Shown piece after piece: positions 44,233 through 53,764 of a stretch of DNA of 64,000 bases; the stretch's first letter is position 1, and every line of letters starts with the position of its first letter. Both the position numbers and the translations under genes were made by a program. Below the pieces are notes generated by a model. That model saw only the letters and a program-made list of their open reading frames with translations. It ran no database searches and was not told where the DNA came from. Origin of the DNA: Polyangiaceae bacterium (GTDB lineage: Bacteria > Myxococcota_A > Polyangia > Polyangiales > Polyangiaceae); the NCBI GenBank assembly GCA_033763455.1, contig JANRKO010000006.1:224001-288000 (forward strand), read 5' to 3'.

Positions 44233-45756
44233 CTAGCGCGGCTGCGCCGCGGCGGCGTGGAACTTGTCATAACCGTCGACCATGCCGGCGAAAATCCAAT
44301 CGCCAAGAACCTGGGCCCCAAAGCTTGTGGGGTGCGTCAGATCACCGGCGCCCCAGCCACGGTTCACCCACGTGCGCATGGATCCCGAGCCACCCATTGC
44401 CAGAAAAGTATTAAAGAAGGCGCACCCAACCTCCTTTGCAACCTTGGCCTGCTGTTCCACAATGAGCGGGATAATTCGCATGCTTTCCGTCTTGTTTTCG
44501 ATGACGCGTGCGCGATCCATCGCGCCGATTATCAGGCAGCTCGCGGTGGGCACCGCCGCCTTGCCCTGCAGCAGCACTTCTTTCATGGTCCGATGGTAAT
44601 CCTCCATCGAATAAGCCCATCCATCGCCGCTCTCGTTCGCTCCAAACTGATAGACAATGAGGTTTGGTGAGCGCCAGCGTAGCGATTCGGCATAGTGGGC
44701 ATCGTCTTGTTTGTCGAGAAAGCGGATGCGTGCTCCCAATATGCCAAGGGCATCCCACACAACTCCTGGTTCCTCGCGCTCCATCACCACGCCAAATGCT
44801 CTTACAGAGCCGGGGCCAGACGAAACGAGCTCCAGCATGTGTTCTCCGTCGGTGGTCCTGACCTCGTAATGGGCGGTCTTTTTCTCTGGGGAAGCGGTTG
44901 GGATCTCACCGTAAGGAGCGCCGTCGAGGTTCACCTTGAAGCTGCCTCCAAAGGGCTCTTGGACGTAGGCGACGTCGAAGCGCGAGACTTTGCGGCCAAA
45001 ATTGCCGGTCGTTGCGGTTCCAAATCGGGCTCTCACTCCGGGCGGCGCGCGAAAGGAGACGCCGCCGAGGCCATACCAACCGTCCGAGACCGTTGGCCCA
45101 ACGATGCGGCTCACGCGCCAGCCCTCCGACGCGAAACGCGTTACATCGTTGTGAAAGTAGGCCGGCCACGCATTGGCAATCAGTGAAAAGCCATGCCCTG
45201 CATCACCGAAACGTTTCTGGAAGTTGCGCCGCAAGGTGGCGGAAACAAAATCGCTCGCCACCACCGAGTCCCCAAAGTGTGCGATGCGCGTAATGGCACG
45301 GGGTTCGCGTCGTTCCGTGCGCGCTAAAGCTTCGTAAAAGGAATGCAGTGATTCCAGGTGTTCGACGCCGCGCGGCGGCTTTCCAACGTCGGGGAGCCCG
45401 TCGTCACCGCCTTCGGCCTGGTGCTCTGTGGCTAACGGGCCGCGAGGGGCAGTGGGTGCCTCTACTTTCTCCGGTTGTGCGAGAGCCGCCGCGCTTTTGC
45501 TTTCCTCACGTAGTTCTGCTTCTCCACTCAAGACCTGGGTGGGCGAGGGCGTGGCTTGGTCAACTCGATCTGGCGCGGCGTTGGGGCTGGCGAGGAGCTT
45601 GGCCCAGGTCGGTCCGAAAAACTCTAGCGTGGCGCCGATCCCAAGAAAGAAAAGGGCGGTGAGTACGGGCCGGGAACGAAAGACATCCGCGCTCCGAGCG
45701 ACGTCGTGCCCGTGGATCTGAACTTGCTCCTCCCCAACGCTCGCGGGGGCTTTCAC
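44233..45756 (-). CDS. SGNH/GDSL esterase/acetyltransferase, membrane-anchored
   Basis: HFGDSV, FGDAGHGF, FGANE, DLTHP; N-terminal TM. Confidence 0.85.
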   Translation of the reverse strand: MKAPASVGEEQVQIHGHDVARSADVFRSRPVLTALFFLGIGATLEFFGPTWAKLLASPNAAPDRVDQATPSPTQVLSGEAELREESKSAAALAQPEKVEAPTAPRGPLATEHQAEGGDDGLPDVGKPPRGVEHLESLHSFYEALARTERREPRAITRIAHFGDSVVASDFVSATLRRNFQKRFGDAGHGFSLIANAWPAYFHNDVTRFASEGWRVSRIVGPTVSDGWYGLGGVSFRAPPGVRARFGTATTGNFGRKVSRFDVAYVQEPFGGSFKVNLDGAPYGEIPTASPEKKTAHYEVRTTDGEHMLELVSSGPGSVRAFGVVMEREEPGVVWDALGILGARIRFLDKQDDAHYAESLRWRSPNLIVYQFGANESGDGWAYSMEDYHRTMKEVLLQGKAAVPTASCLIIGAMDRARVIENKTESMRIIPLIVEQQAKVAKEVGCAFFNTFLAMGGSGSMRTWVNRGWGAGDLTHPTSFGAQVLGDWIFAGMVDGYDKFHAAAAQPR

Positions 45757-47033
45757 TCGTAGGGATTCTCTCGAACGATTCCCCCGTGAGGTAGCTTGCT
45801 GGGGGAGGTAGGCGGCGGTGGTTTGGCAGCCCCACTACGATTTGCCCCAACTTTGGGGGCGGTTGGAAGATCGCTGATGTCGACTGCATCCCCCGTCAAT
45901 TTCTTGATTTCTTGCTCGGCTCGCTTACGGCTAAACGTATCCACGGTCGGTGAGAGTACAACCTGTTTGAGCAACTCTCGCTTAACCGTTGGATCGGTTT
46001 CGGCGTCTGCCTGTGCAAGCAACGCTTTGGCCCATTCAGACTCAATCTTCCTGAATGCGGGCGATTGCCTGGCGTTGCTGCTCTCGGGTAGTTCAGCCAC
46101 TTTTTGGTGCGCGTCTTCAATAGCGCCTTTAGCCAAAAGCTCGCCCGCCTCCTCAAGTACGCGAGCCGCTTCGTCTTGTTTGCTGGACGCTATGCCGGTG
46201 AAGGTTGCATTCTGTTCGGAGCCCTTCGACGCAACCCACCCCACGCCGACGAGCACGGTGACTAAGAGAAGGGCGCCTACGACCTTGAGTGCTGGGGAGA
46301 TTGGCTTTGCCGGAGGCGCTGACGCGACCGGCCCCACAGGCGCTGGCTCGGCGTACAGCAGGCTGAGGCTACGGTCGAGCAGCGGGTTATACGCCTGCCC
46401 TGCAGGGATAAACTTGAGCACAACGTCACCGAGCTCAATCGTGTCACGGGCATCTAGGATGCTTCGCTTCAGATCGACCCCATTGATGCGAACACCATTC
46501 GCGCTTTCCTTGTCGATGAACTCGTAGCGCCCATCGCCGAGCGAGCTGATCTCGGCGTGAACACGGCTCACAGACGCGTGATTCAGCGAGATGTCGCATT
46601 CGTCTCCTCTGCCCAGCACCAGCCGCTCCCCTGTCAGCGCGAACTCGGTACCGACCTCGAGCCCCGCAACGATGACGAGGCGATCTTGGTCAACCTGAGA
46701 CTCCTGCGCGACACTCTGTGGGGATGTGTCTTTGGCATCTGCGGTTTCGTCGCCGAGCTCCATCCGGTAGTCCCCGAGTTGCACCACATCGCCATGCGCG
46801 AGGGCTTTCTTCTCGTGAACGCGCACGCCATTAACGTGGACGCCGTTGTAGCTTTTGCGGTCGATAACCACCCATCCAGAACCCTCGCGCACCAACTCAA
46901 TGTGCTTACGCGAGATGTTCCGTTCCGTAAGACGTACGGTGCTCGCCTCCGCGCGGCCGATGGTGTAGTCGTCGCGAACCAGGTGAACGACCGTCTTGTT
47001 CCCTTGATCGTCCTCGATGGATAGCTTCCACAT
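45753..47033 (-). CDS. Tandem FHA-domain membrane protein
   Basis: Two FHA domains (IGR...ISRKH...SYNGV; LGR...VSRVH...SANGV), single TM, helical C-terminal region. Confidence 0.9.
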   Translation of the reverse strand: MWKLSIEDDQGNKTVVHLVRDDYTIGRAEASTVRLTERNISRKHIELVREGSGWVVIDRKSYNGVHVNGVRVHEKKALAHGDVVQLGDYRMELGDETADAKDTSPQSVAQESQVDQDRLVIVAGLEVGTEFALTGERLVLGRGDECDISLNHASVSRVHAEISSLGDGRYEFIDKESANGVRINGVDLKRSILDARDTIELGDVVLKFIPAGQAYNPLLDRSLSLLYAEPAPVGPVASAPPAKPISPALKVVGALLLVTVLVGVGWVASKGSEQNATFTGIASSKQDEAARVLEEAGELLAKGAIEDAHQKVAELPESSNARQSPAFRKIESEWAKALLAQADAETDPTVKRELLKQVVLSPTVDTFSRKRAEQEIKKLTGDAVDISDLPTAPKVGANRSGAAKPPPPTSPSKLPHGGIVRENPYE

Positions 47034-47190
47034 TGCAACTACTCAGTTCAGCCTCGGGGACTTACGGCACACGATCCTTGATAAATTTGTCACGGGAGGG
47101 CTGCCCTTACCAGTGGGCTTCTTGGCTTCCCTCCGCTTTCGGCGAGGGGCCAGAGGGATTGGGCCCTTAGGCCGTCACCAGTGGGCTTCA

Positions 47191-48330
47191 TTAACCGTGC
47201 GTTTGCGGGAAAATGAGGGGGGAGCGGTGGAGAAGGCCCTCTCGAAAGAGTTGATCATGGACGTTCAGGCGCACTTCACGCATCGGGTTCGGCTCCCTTC
47301 GCGGATTCACTCGATTCGTGAGTAGGGACACGACGATGTTGGCGTCCGGGTCACACCAAAGGCTCGTCCCAGTGAAACCCAGATGGCCGAACGTGCGCGG
47401 GCCAAATGCGTCCCCGGTTGAGGAGGCCCCTTGCACGGCTTTGGTATCAAAACCGATCGCCTGGGTCGTGCCTGGTTTGGCTCTCGCCATTTTCCGCACG
47501 AAGACACTTGCGGGCCAGTTCGGATCGGGTGCGTTGTATGCGTCGCACAAGCGGCAACCGAAGGTAAGCAGAGCGTTCACATTTCCGAAGAGCCCTGCGT
47601 GACCAGCAAACCCATGTCCAGCGATCGCCCACGCGTTTTCGTCGTGAGTGGAAGCTACAAGTTCTCCGCCTCGCCAGGATACTTGTTCGGTCGGAGCAAA
47701 GGCGCGAGGCGTGAGGCCTTGCCGAAGCCAGAGCCGAGAAGAGCGGATTTCCAAGCCTAACGGGGTGGTGACGAAGCGCTCCAACAACTCGTCGAGCCTT
47801 TCGTTCTCAAGCCGCTCCAAGGCTTTGCCCAACAACAAGTATCCGAGATCGCTGTAAACGGCGGGCGGGGTGCCCATGGGTGCATCAGAAGTGGGAAGCA
47901 TAGCTGCGGCTGCTCGCCTCATCATGCTTCGGCAGTTGATTGGTTGTTGAGCCTGATGGTCCCGGAACAAGTCGACATGAGCCCGTAGGCCTCCACGGTG
48001 GCTGAGTAGTGCCTCAACGCTGGCCTCCCCTGCAGCAAAGCCCTCCATTTCGATTAGGAGAGATGACAGCTTCGTGTCCCAATCCAAGCGTCCTTTTGCC
48101 ACGCGCTCGGCGCACAACATAGCTAGGAAGGGCTTCGAAACCGACGCGAGATCGTAAATCGTTCCGGGCTCCACGGGCGTCCTATCTCGGATACTGAACC
48201 GCCCGGCCGCCCCTGAGTAGTGCTGCCAACCCTCTGCGGTCCGGACCGCTACCCCCAGCGTGGCCCCCGGCGCGGCTCCTGTTCCGACCACATTTTTCGC
48301 CGCGATTGTGTCCAGCGAGCCCTCACGCAT
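47191..48330 (-). CDS. Serine hydrolase, beta-lactamase class C-like family
   Basis: YDLASVSK (SxxK), LLSHRGG, YSDLGY, HDENA, GHAGLF, GHLGFTGT, LLTNRV. Confidence 0.9.
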   Translation of the reverse strand: MREGSLDTIAAKNVVGTGAAPGATLGVAVRTAEGWQHYSGAAGRFSIRDRTPVEPGTIYDLASVSKPFLAMLCAERVAKGRLDWDTKLSSLLIEMEGFAAGEASVEALLSHRGGLRAHVDLFRDHQAQQPINCRSMMRRAAAAMLPTSDAPMGTPPAVYSDLGYLLLGKALERLENERLDELLERFVTTPLGLEIRSSRLWLRQGLTPRAFAPTEQVSWRGGELVASTHDENAWAIAGHGFAGHAGLFGNVNALLTFGCRLCDAYNAPDPNWPASVFVRKMARAKPGTTQAIGFDTKAVQGASSTGDAFGPRTFGHLGFTGTSLWCDPDANIVVSLLTNRVNPRREPNPMREVRLNVHDQLFREGLLHRSPLIFPQTHG

Positions 48331-48512
48331 GTGGCCTCATTCCGGCGAAGGTATGGCCTTTGGGTTGCTTTAAGCGGGACTTATGTACACGGACACTCGC
48401 CGGGTTGAACGGCGGGAGCCTACAGGCAGCGCTCACCACGCTGTCGCGCTTTTGACCAGGAGCACGGCCGACCGGTATGCTGGTAGGGATTTGCTCGGAG
48501 AGTATCTGACGT

Positions 48513-49727
48513 ATGGCTGAGTTCACATGGGAAGCTCGCGGGCGCACGGGGGAGTTGCGCAAGGGAGTGATGGAGGCGGACACCGCAGAGGCTGTGAACG
48601 CGCGCCTCCGGCAGCAACAGCTGAACCCAGTCAAGGTTAAGAAACGGCTAAACCTAGCCAAGATCCAGTTTGGATCTGGGGTGAGCACCAAAGATCTTGT
48701 CACATTCACGCGCCTGTTCGCGACCATGATCGATGCCGGCCTGCCGCTTGTCCAGTGTCTAGACATTCTTGCCAATCAACAGCCAAACAAGACCTTTGCC
48801 GCCGTCCTTGTGGACGTCAAAAACTCCGTGGAACAAGGCGCTTCGTTCTCGGATGCTTTGCGCCGACATCCCAAGGTGTTTGACGAGCTGTTTGTCAACC
48901 TCGTACAGGCTGGTGAAGTGGGCGGCATCCTCGACGCGATCATGAATCGGCTCTCGATCTACATTGAGAAGCGCCAGAAGCTTGTTCGCCAGGTGCGTGG
49001 TGCGATGACGTATCCGACCATCGTCGTCGTAATCGCCGGGTTGGTGATGGCAGTGCTGCTCACCTTCGTGATCCCTGCCTTCGAGAACATGTTCAAGGAG
49101 TTTGGCGGTGGGAAGGACAATCTGCCCCAAATAACCCAAATCGTGATCGGGCTTTCTCGCGGTTTCATCGGCGGCTTGCCGTTCATCATCACCGGGCTCG
49201 TGTTGGCGTTTACTGGTGTGACCTACGTGTACCGTACCCCCGCTGGGAAACGGTTCTTTCATCGCAACTTCTTACGACTGCCGATCATGGGTCCGGTTCT
49301 CAAGAAGATCGCCGTAGCGCGTTTCACGCGAACCTTGGGAACGCTACTTCAATCGGGCGTCCCGATCCTGGAAGCGCTCGATATCTGCGCGCGAACGGCA
49401 GGAAATGTGATCATTGAGGAAGGCATCCAGAAGGTGAATAAGGCCATTAGCGAGGGTAAGAACATGGCCGAGCCCTTGATGGCGGCCAAAGTCTTTCCTG
49501 ATATGGTCGTGCAGATGATCGCCGTTGGCGAGCAAACGGGTGCGCTCGATCAGATGCTCGGCAAGGTTGCTGATTTTTACGAGGAAGAGACGGACGTGGC
49601 AGTTGCAGGCCTCACGAGTGCGCTTGAGCCCATCATGATGGTGGGCGTTGGTGGCATGGTGGGCGTGGTGCTCATGGCGATGTACATGCCGATCTTCTCC
49701 TTGGCAGGGAACATCAAGGCAGATTGA
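48513..49727 (+). CDS. pilC: Type IV pilus platform protein PilC (T2SS F family)
   Basis: FTRLFATMIDAGLPLVQCL, AGEVGGILD, YP..V, FTRTLGTL..SGVPIL, VGEQTGALD.ML. Confidence 0.95.
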   Translation: MAEFTWEARGRTGELRKGVMEADTAEAVNARLRQQQLNPVKVKKRLNLAKIQFGSGVSTKDLVTFTRLFATMIDAGLPLVQCLDILANQQPNKTFAAVLVDVKNSVEQGASFSDALRRHPKVFDELFVNLVQAGEVGGILDAIMNRLSIYIEKRQKLVRQVRGAMTYPTIVVVIAGLVMAVLLTFVIPAFENMFKEFGGGKDNLPQITQIVIGLSRGFIGGLPFIITGLVLAFTGVTYVYRTPAGKRFFHRNFLRLPIMGPVLKKIAVARFTRTLGTLLQSGVPILEALDICARTAGNVIIEEGIQKVNKAISEGKNMAEPLMAAKVFPDMVVQMIAVGEQTGALDQMLGKVADFYEEETDVAVAGLTSALEPIMMVGVGGMVGVVLMAMYMPIFSLAGNIKAD

Positions 49728-49753
49728 AGCGCGGCCGTGGCGCGAGATGACGC

Positions 49754-51115
49754 ATGCGCATTCCGCTCGGGCTCCCAGAAAACATTGCGAACGCTACGCT
49801 GCCAAGGCGTTTGGCATGGCTCACGGCGGCTCGCATGGTGTTCCTTTTAGGGGCCTTGGGCTTGGTGGGGCTGGTCTACCTCGGGCGGGACGCCTCGCTT
49901 GAATCCTTCTCGGTTCGCGTCGCCCTACTCGTGTTGGGAAGCTCGTTCTCGCTCGCTGGGCTCTACGCGGCGTTGCTACGGCGGGGAAGGAATATAGAAC
50001 GGCTTGCAAGTGCGCAGCTGATTTTTGATCAGTTAACCTGGACCATGTTGGTCTACATCTCGGGTGGTGCGTCGAGCGGTGCCGTATCCTTCTACGGTCT
50101 CACCTGCGTAACCGGTGCGGCGTTAACTGGGTTCCGAGGAGCGGCCGTTGCAACCGCCGCCGGTGGAATTGGGTATGCCACCTTATTGGGTGCTTTGCAG
50201 CTCAATTGGCTTGTCCCCCCGCCTGATCAGCCCGTTGATCTTTACCAGCTTTCTCGCTTCGAGCTTCTGTATCACGTCTTGCTCAATGTCCTGGCCTTGA
50301 TGGTGGTTACCATCTTGGCAGGGTACTTGGCCGAGCGCTTGCGCATTACCGGCGGGAAACTTGTGCAAGCGGAGGAGCGCGCCGAACAAGCGGAAAGAAT
50401 GGCTGCTCTAGGCAGGTTGGCAGCGGGGCTTGCGCACGAAATTCGAAATCCATTGGGGTCTATTGCGGGCTCAATATCGCTCCTAAAGACGGCAAACGCC
50501 CTTTCCGCCGAGGATCAGCAGTTGTGCATTATCATTGAACGTGAAGCTGCACGCCTGAATGATCTTGTCACTGATATGATGGAGCTTTCGAAGCCTAAAA
50601 AGCCCCAACGGGTGGATGTCGACCTGGTTGCTATCGCAAGGGATGTCGTTACCCTTACAGCCAACAGTGGTCGCGGGGTGTCGGATGTGCGTGTGCGTTA
50701 TGCTGGTGCCGAACACGCTGAGGTAAATGCGGACCCAGCGCAGCTCCGCCAGATGATCTGGAATCTGGTTCGCAATGCCGTCCAAGCTAGCAATGCTGGA
50801 GACGAAGTGATCGTCGAAGTGCGCTTGTTGCATGGCGCGGTAGAGCTAGTCGTAGAAGACCACGGTATGGGGATTGATGATGTCGCGAAGGAACGCATTT
50901 TCGACGCGTTCTTCACAACTCGCAGCAAAGGGACGGGGGTGGGGCTCGCGGTGGTAAAGCGCATTGTGGACGAACACGGTTTCGAGATCGCTGTAGAGAG
51001 CAAAGCGAATCGAGGCGCTGTTTTTCGGATTACCTTACCGGTCACGGGATCGCCCGTGCCCCTTTCGAACCGCTTCACGTTCCGTCCGAGCGCCCCCCAT
51101 CCATCTGGGCGTTGA
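49754..51115 (+). CDS. Sensor histidine kinase, PilS-like (multi-TM, HisKA, HATPase_c)
   Basis: LAHEIRNPL, NLVRNA, DHGMG, FFTT...GTGVGL; PilS-type TM sensor directly after pilC. Confidence 0.9.
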   Translation: MRIPLGLPENIANATLPRRLAWLTAARMVFLLGALGLVGLVYLGRDASLESFSVRVALLVLGSSFSLAGLYAALLRRGRNIERLASAQLIFDQLTWTMLVYISGGASSGAVSFYGLTCVTGAALTGFRGAAVATAAGGIGYATLLGALQLNWLVPPPDQPVDLYQLSRFELLYHVLLNVLALMVVTILAGYLAERLRITGGKLVQAEERAEQAERMAALGRLAAGLAHEIRNPLGSIAGSISLLKTANALSAEDQQLCIIIEREAARLNDLVTDMMELSKPKKPQRVDVDLVAIARDVVTLTANSGRGVSDVRVRYAGAEHAEVNADPAQLRQMIWNLVRNAVQASNAGDEVIVEVRLLHGAVELVVEDHGMGIDDVAKERIFDAFFTTRSKGTGVGLAVVKRIVDEHGFEIAVESKANRGAVFRITLPVTGSPVPLSNRFTFRPSAPHPSGR

Positions 51116-51259
51116 TCCAGCCTCACTGGAGTGCTTTTTCGACCCCTGTTGCCCCGCCAACCCCCTTTGAGGCAGAAGATTTAGGTTGGAAAAGGAGGTT
51201 CCTCCTCGCCACCGCGTATAAGGTTTGGACTATAGGAGCCTGTTGTTAAGAGGTGAGTC

Positions 51260-51853
51260 ATGCAGTCAGTGAGATTAGCAATCCGGATCTTGTTAGCCAT
51301 CTCGCTCGTTGGCTTAACGTCGTTGGCCGCGGCTTCTGACGCCGGCGAATTTGTGAAAGGCAAACAGGCTTCGCTGGTGACGCTGTTAAAACAGGCGGAA
51401 ACAGACAAGACGCAGAAGAAGATAGAAAGCGTGTTCGATGAGATGCTGGATTACGACACGCTCGCCGAGCAGTCGCTTGGGAAGCACTGGGCGGGGCTCA
51501 AGCCGGAAGAGCGCAGCGAGTTTCAAGACATCCTCAAGAAGCTGGTTCGCAATTCGTACCGCAAGAACCTCAAGAAGACGTTGGGTTACGACGTGAAGTT
51601 CAACGGGGAGAAGAAACAGGCGCCGGGGATCTTGGTGCAGAGCGTCGCCAAGAGCCGCAAAGACAAGCGCGCCGATCCCGTGCAGGTGGATTATCTGCTG
51701 CACAAGGTAAAAGGTGCCTGGCGGGTTAGAGACATCGTTACCGACAGGGCTAGCCTCGTCACGAATTATCGACAGCAGTTTAATCGCATCATTAAGAAAG
51801 ACGGTTTTCCCGCGTTGATCACCCGTATGAAAGCCAAGCTATCCGAGGCCTAG
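51260..51853 (+). CDS. mlaC: MlaC/Ttg2D-family periplasmic lipid-binding protein
   Basis: Signal peptide; D...LA..SLGKHW, VDY.L....G.WRV.DIV....SLV.NYR.QF..II...GF..LI. Confidence 0.85.
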   Translation: MQSVRLAIRILLAISLVGLTSLAAASDAGEFVKGKQASLVTLLKQAETDKTQKKIESVFDEMLDYDTLAEQSLGKHWAGLKPEERSEFQDILKKLVRNSYRKNLKKTLGYDVKFNGEKKQAPGILVQSVAKSRKDKRADPVQVDYLLHKVKGAWRVRDIVTDRASLVTNYRQQFNRIIKKDGFPALITRMKAKLSEA

Positions 51854-51892
51854 TCCGTAGGGCTCCGCCCTGGTAAGCTTTTCGCTCTAGAA

Positions 51893-53755
51893 GTGTCGAG
51901 CTTCCGATCCTCCAGCACACCACCTGAGCCAAGCCTGGCATCTTCGGCGACTGTTGGGGAGCAAGCGGAGCCCAAGAGTACGTTTCGGCTGGCCGTAAGT
52001 CGTGGTGCTCTTGGGCTTGAGCTTGCGGAGGCTGTGGTACTCGGCCCGCTCCGAATCCTTGAATTCAGTCTTACCTTCCCAGGCCTGCGTTACCCGCTCG
52101 ATTTGAGCGGAGGCGTTCAGCAGTTTCGGCACCGGCGTGGGGTAGTAGAGCGTCTCGTAGTTGAGCTGGACCCAGCGCTCGTGGGGCCATGGGTGGGGCG
52201 CTGGGTCGGCGATCTTTTGGGGCCGCTCGAACGGCCACCACGTGTGAGTATCACGGCGGATGCTCTTGAGTTTGGGTTCAACGGAGAGGCCTGTGCGCTC
52301 GCATTTGATCTCGTTTGGGTGCCAGAGGAAGCTGAGCCGCGCTTCATTGTTGATCACGTTCGAGGCATTGGCCTTTCCGGCCCGGCCCTCGGTTATGTGG
52401 AACGCGCGCTCGCCGCTGCATTAGGGGAGCTTTCGGAGCGTCGAGGTCGCGGTGTCGAGTTCAAAGATGGGCTGAAGCAACTGCTGCGGGCGTGGTTGCC
52501 ACCAAACGGGGTGCGGGTACCGGCCATTGTAGGCGGTGGCTTTGGGCCCGCCGCTGTCACTAAGCACCACTCACTGGTTATCACTTATGAGGCCTCTTTC
52601 ATTTCGAGCGAGCTGAGTAAACGAGCGCTCTTGGCCTCTGAATGGGCGAGCTTCCTCCGCGCGGGAGATGATTGGTTGCGCGCGGCTGAGCTCGGCCGCG
52701 CCCGGAATGCTTACGCAAGCTTGCTAGGTGAAGCCCCAAGGCACCCGGAACTTGTCCATTTGATTGCAGAAATTGACGCATTTTCAACTGCATCTCCGGA
52801 GGTGTTGCTTGGGATGTTACAGGAGCTCGGGTCGCTCTTGCCGAGCTCACCCGTGGCAGCCCGCCTTCTTGAGTTAGCAGGAGAGCGGGAGCAAGCGGTG
52901 CAAAGCTACACCGCCTTCGCGCGCATCGAAGCATTCGCTCCACTTGGCGCTCTCGCATTGTTAGAGGCCGCAAAGATCTCAGAGAACACTGGCATCCGAC
53001 ACTCGCTTTTGGATGAAGCTGTCGCCAGGTGTCCGACCTTCTTGAGGCTGCGTTGGGTCCGGCTGGAGGCGCGGATTAGGGCAGGGATGCTCACAGCGGC
53101 GCTGCTGGATGCCGAACAAATCGACGCACTAACCGTCGGTGCACCGGCGCGCGCAGCAGTTTGCCTGAGAGTGGCGCGCTTGTTTAGACACGAAGGGTTT
53201 CTGCAAGAGGCAGCGGTCTTCTTTGAGAGATCGCTGCGCTACGTTCCCGACAGCGTGCACGCCACGGCAGGCCTTGCCCGAACTCTGGGCTCCCTCGGTC
53301 GCGCTGGCCGCGCGATTAAGCTCTTGATGCGAGCGGTTTCGTTAGCGGAACAAAGGGGGCAGCCCGATTCAGAAGCGTGCTTGGATCTCGCTGTCCTTTT
53401 GGCAACTGAGCTCAAAGATTTGCCGCAAGCGATTGCGCGAGTACGGCAAGTGACTCACGAGTCAGGGCTTGTGCCGCGCGCGCGCTTTCTAGAGGGATCC
53501 TGGCGGGCTCAGTTGGGCGATAGGGTGGGAGCTTCCGCTGCCTTCGCTCGACTAACGGAGGCGCTTGAGCTGGCTCACGAACATGGGCCGGAAGTTGTGG
53601 GTTGGCTCCTGTATGCGGCCGAATTTGCCTCCGAACAGCTGGGAGAACCGGAGACTGCCGAACGCAGGCTTGCTCTCGCTCTCCGCTTGTTTCCAGAAGA
53701 CACGACGGCACGGCAAGCGTACGAACGCTTCGGTCGCACTCGCGGCAAGGCGTAG
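51893..53755 (+). CDS. Hypothetical protein with C-terminal TPR-like repeats
   Basis: 620-aa ORF; helical Ala/Leu repeats such as EAAVFFERSLRYVPDSVHATAGLARTL. Confidence 0.7.
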   Translation: MSSFRSSSTPPEPSLASSATVGEQAEPKSTFRLAVSRGALGLELAEAVVLGPLRILEFSLTFPGLRYPLDLSGGVQQFRHRRGVVERLVVELDPALVGPWVGRWVGDLLGPLERPPRVSITADALEFGFNGEACALAFDLVWVPEEAEPRFIVDHVRGIGLSGPALGYVERALAAALGELSERRGRGVEFKDGLKQLLRAWLPPNGVRVPAIVGGGFGPAAVTKHHSLVITYEASFISSELSKRALLASEWASFLRAGDDWLRAAELGRARNAYASLLGEAPRHPELVHLIAEIDAFSTASPEVLLGMLQELGSLLPSSPVAARLLELAGEREQAVQSYTAFARIEAFAPLGALALLEAAKISENTGIRHSLLDEAVARCPTFLRLRWVRLEARIRAGMLTAALLDAEQIDALTVGAPARAAVCLRVARLFRHEGFLQEAAVFFERSLRYVPDSVHATAGLARTLGSLGRAGRAIKLLMRAVSLAEQRGQPDSEACLDLAVLLATELKDLPQAIARVRQVTHESGLVPRARFLEGSWRAQLGDRVGASAAFARLTEALELAHEHGPEVVGWLLYAAEFASEQLGEPETAERRLALALRLFPEDTTARQAYERFGRTRGKA

Positions 53756-53764
53756 CCCTGCTGT

